From Candidatus Latescibacterota bacterium (GTDB taxonomy: Bacteria > Krumholzibacteriota > Krumholzibacteriia > WVZY01 > JAKEHA01): a stretch of DNA of 64,000 nucleotides. Position numbers and translations under genes: made by a program. Each line of letters opens with the position of its first letter. The stretch's first letter is position 1. The notes beneath the pieces were generated by a model. The model made no database searches, was not told the origin of the DNA, and saw only the letters and a program-made list of their open reading frames with translations. Shown piece by piece: positions 61,476-64,000 of the stretch. Where the stretch lies: the NCBI GenBank assembly GCA_963707635.1, contig OY970173.1:2144001-2208000 (forward strand). The letters run 5' to 3'.

Positions 61476-62239
61476 CGCCGCGCCTGGCGAATCTTCTCCT
61501 GCGCCTGCCGCTTCAGCGGGTGATCCTCCGGGTATTCGAGGATCCGGGTGAACTGCGCGATCGCGCTTTCGTTCTCGCCGCGGGCGAGCATGATGGTGCC
61601 CTTGAGGTAGAGCGCTTCCACCCAACCGTCGTTCTCCGGGTAGCTTTCGATGATCTTGTCGCAGTAGACAATGGCCGCGGGGTACTCGTGCCGCCGCGCG
61701 TACCAGCGCGCCGCCGTCAACGCCTTCTCCGCCAACCGGGCGTTGATCTGCCGCACGTACGCGCGCGCCTCCGGCGCCCGCGCGCTCTCCGGATAGGTCT
61801 GGAGAAACTGGCTGAACCGGCTCAGCGCGTCGATGCTCTTCTGCTGGTCGCGCGCCGGCTTCGGCGCCTCGCGCCAGCAGCACACGCCGATTTGAAAGAG
61901 GGCGTCGTCGACCCACTCGCTGTACCCGAAGTTGGTGATGACGACCTGATACTCGACGGACGCCAGCGCATAGTCGTGCATCTCGAAGTGACTGGTCGCG
62001 AGCTGGTACTGCGCGTAGTCGGCGCGGTCGTGACCCGCGTAGCGCTCGACGAACGCTTCGTAGAGCGCGACCGCCTGTGTGTATTTCTCGCGCCGGTGGA
62101 GGTCGTCGGCGCGCTCGAGAATCGCTTCCGGCGTCGCGGGGACTTTCGGGAGGCCCCCCGCGCACGCGCACAGGCCCGCCACCGCCGCCACCCACAGACC
62201 GGACCGCGTCTGCGCCGCGATCCCGCGCGCCACCCTCAC
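61472..62239 (-). CDS. bamD: Outer membrane protein assembly factor BamD
   Basis: Lipobox LCAC, TPRs, RDQ, FLQTYPES, LAEKALTAARWY, IIESYP. Confidence 0.88.
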   Translation of the reverse strand: MRVARGIAAQTRSGLWVAAVAGLCACAGGLPKVPATPEAILERADDLHRREKYTQAVALYEAFVERYAGHDRADYAQYQLATSHFEMHDYALASVEYQVVITNFGYSEWVDDALFQIGVCCWREAPKPARDQQKSIDALSRFSQFLQTYPESARAPEARAYVRQINARLAEKALTAARWYARRHEYPAAIVYCDKIIESYPENDGWVEALYLKGTIMLARGENESAIAQFTRILEYPEDHPLKRQAQEKIRQARR

Positions 62240-63138
62240 CTGACCCCCGCCTCCTCGAGCGCGGCCATCCGCGACCGTGCCTCCTCCACCAGACGCCCGG
62301 ACTCGCCCCGGTCGGTGCGGACGATCTCGCGATACTCCGCGTACGCGCGTGTGCGGTCACCGAGCGCTTCGTACGCGTTGCCGAGCAGAAACCGCGCCTT
62401 CTGCTGCAGGAGCCGGTTGGGCGCGCGCTCGGCGATGTCCTGCGCCGTCTCGACGGCGCGCGCATACTCGCCGGCTTCGAACGCCTTGCGCGCCTCGGCG
62501 TACGCGATGTCGTCCAGACTCGACGACACCCCGCGCGCAATCCGTCCGCGCGGGTAGCGTGCGACCAGCGTTTCCATCGCCTTGCGCGCCTCTTCCGGCT
62601 GGCCGAGCTCGGTGTAGCATTCCGCCAGCCGGGCGTAGGCCTGCTCGCACGCCGCCGTATCCGGTCGCGCCCTGGCCGCCTTCTGGTACCACGCCGCCGC
62701 TTCGGCGTAGCGGCGCTCGTCGAAGTATGCGTCGGCGATTGCAAATCCTCTCCCGCCCGCGTCGATCCCGGGTTCCAGCTCGAGCGCCCGCCGCCACCGC
62801 CGGGCCGCGTCGGCGGTCGAGGCCGTCGCCTCCATCCCCCACAGGAAGGCGGCCGCGCCCGCCGCGAGCCCGGAATCGGCGGCCACCGCCGTGTCCAGCT
62901 CCGGCAGCCCCTCGTGGTCGCGTCCCACCGCGATCAACGCGAGTCCATAATAATAGTGGACGCGCGCATCGGCCGCGCCGGTCCGGGTCGCGTGCCGCCC
63001 GAGTGCGACCACTTCGCGGTAGTCCTCCTTCTCGAACGCCCGCCGCATGTCTCGAGACGGACCGCGATCGCCGCACGCCAGAGCGGCGGCGAGTGCCACG
63101 AGCCCCGCGACCACCCACCGCCGGACCCCTCGCCGCAA
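62236..63138 (-). CDS. Tetratricopeptide-repeat lipoprotein
   Basis: Lipobox ALAC and multiple TPRs (HYYYGLAL, IADAYF, RLAECY, FLLGNAY). Start uncertain. Confidence 0.75.
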   Translation of the reverse strand: MRRGVRRWVVAGLVALAAALACGDRGPSRDMRRAFEKEDYREVVALGRHATRTGAADARVHYYYGLALIAVGRDHEGLPELDTAVAADSGLAAGAAAFLWGMEATASTADAARRWRRALELEPGIDAGGRGFAIADAYFDERRYAEAAAWYQKAARARPDTAACEQAYARLAECYTELGQPEEARKAMETLVARYPRGRIARGVSSSLDDIAYAEARKAFEAGEYARAVETAQDIAERAPNRLLQQKARFLLGNAYEALGDRTRAYAEYREIVRTDRGESGRLVEEARSRMAALEEAGVR

Positions 63139-63160
63139 CGACCGCGCGCGGAAACGTCCT

Positions 63161-63880
63161 CTAGTTGTCACTCTGGTTGGAGAAAAACAGGTAGATGAGA
63201 CCCACGATGATCCCGGTAACGAACACGGGCTCTGCATATCGACCCCATCCGCTCGACGGCATCACGGGCCGGGCAAATTGATACGTGCCTTGCTCGACGC
63301 GCGCGGCGTCGCCATGCTCGAACTCGTCCTCATGATTGCGCGCGGCCTCGCCCACCCATATCACGCGGCCGTCGGCGGCATCCGACAGCGTCACCATCAG
63401 GCGCACGTCGGCGCGACGCCGCACGTGCTTGCCGCCCACCAGGTGGGAGCGATACACGTCCGCATACACGATCCCGAATGCAATGGTCTGAAACCCGAGG
63501 ACGTATCCGCCCGACGACGGCGCCGCGGGATCCAGCGACGGGTTCCCGCCGGTCGCGGGCGCCGCACCCGCGGCCTGCGGTTCCAGCACGGTCACGCCCC
63601 GCTTCGTCAGTTCCGAGGCAAGAACGTTTTCGACGAAGGTGTAGTCTTCCCCCGACGCAAACGGCCGGAGCATGAACGCCCGGCCGTCGAGACTGCCCTG
63701 AAACTTCGTGTACAGCTCGTCGACCACCTGCGACGTCAACTGCGTCATCAAGTCCAGATTCGAGGCCACCGCCTCCGCCGCGCGCACGCTCACCGCACCC
63801 GACACCCCTCCCAACGCGATGCACACCGCCGTCGCCGCCGCCAGGTCCCGCCCCCACGCGCTTCGCTCCGCAGATCGCAC
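63161..63880 (-). CDS. Hypothetical exported protein with C-terminal membrane anchor
   Basis: RBS AAGGAG, signal peptide, C-terminal EPVFVTGIIVGLIYLFFSN. Confidence 0.7.
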   Translation of the reverse strand: MRSAERSAWGRDLAAATAVCIALGGVSGAVSVRAAEAVASNLDLMTQLTSQVVDELYTKFQGSLDGRAFMLRPFASGEDYTFVENVLASELTKRGVTVLEPQAAGAAPATGGNPSLDPAAPSSGGYVLGFQTIAFGIVYADVYRSHLVGGKHVRRRADVRLMVTLSDAADGRVIWVGEAARNHEDEFEHGDAARVEQGTYQFARPVMPSSGWGRYAEPVFVTGIIVGLIYLFFSNQSDN

Positions 63881-63891
63881 GATGGTACTCC

Positions 63892-64000
63892 TTATGATTC
63901 GCGCGCAGGTATCACGTCGGCGCGCAGATCGAACACGTCGGTCTCCACCACGCGCGCGTCGACGAACTCGCCGACGGTCACGGCGCCGGAAAGGTACACT
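63892..64000 (-). CDS. rimO: Probable RimO methylthiotransferase, C-terminal TRAM end (partial)
   Basis: Manual translation VYLSGAVTVGEFVDARVVETDVFDLRADVIPARES*, which resembles the RimO C-terminus. Confidence 0.6.
   Translation of the reverse strand, partial: VYLSGAVTVGEFVDARVVETDVFDLRADVIPARES

Overview
A high-GC, densely packed chromosomal segment from a diderm, LPS-producing bacterium. The gene content (LpxC-FabZ fusion, bacillithiol genes, GldA/F/G-like ABC, McsA/McsB) would fit an FCB-associated lineage such as Latescibacterota, Krumholzibacteriota or Eisenbacteria, but this is inference only. Most genes are on the minus strand. In order: an LPS core/ADP-heptose/MsbA cluster (1-11.1 kb); hsp20-lon; a GT-C glycosyltransferase, DUF72 and a multidomain Ser/Thr kinase; a plus-strand gldA/F/G-like ABC + DUF4340 + amrB/amrA operon; prkA(yeaG)-yeaH-spoVR; HIT; a nadB-methyltransferase-bshC-bshB1-bshA-Minf_1886 operon; an orphan lipoprotein; and a ~25 kb co-directional run rimO-hyp-TPR-bamD-nadD-polA-coaE-prfB(frameshifted)-lysS-lolC/E-lolD-mcsA-mcsB-clpC-bamA-skp-lpxD-lpxC/fabZ-lpxA-(gnnA-like)-lpxB-DUF374-lpxK. 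I saw no rRNA, tRNA, CRISPR array, prophage or mobile element. The best leads are (i) a bacillithiol operon with a coupled methyltransferase, a divergent BshC and a Minf_1886-family gene, (ii) a Hanks kinase carrying an L7/L12-CTD-like domain, a zinc ribbon and a C-terminal anchor, (iii) a ROSE-like thermometer hairpin upstream of hsp20-lon, (iv) three sigma-54 promoter motifs, and (v) a CtsR-less arginine-kinase/ClpC module inside outer-membrane biogenesis genes. All product calls come from motif recognition by eye, not from database searches. Start codons were chosen from overlaps and RBS-like sequences.
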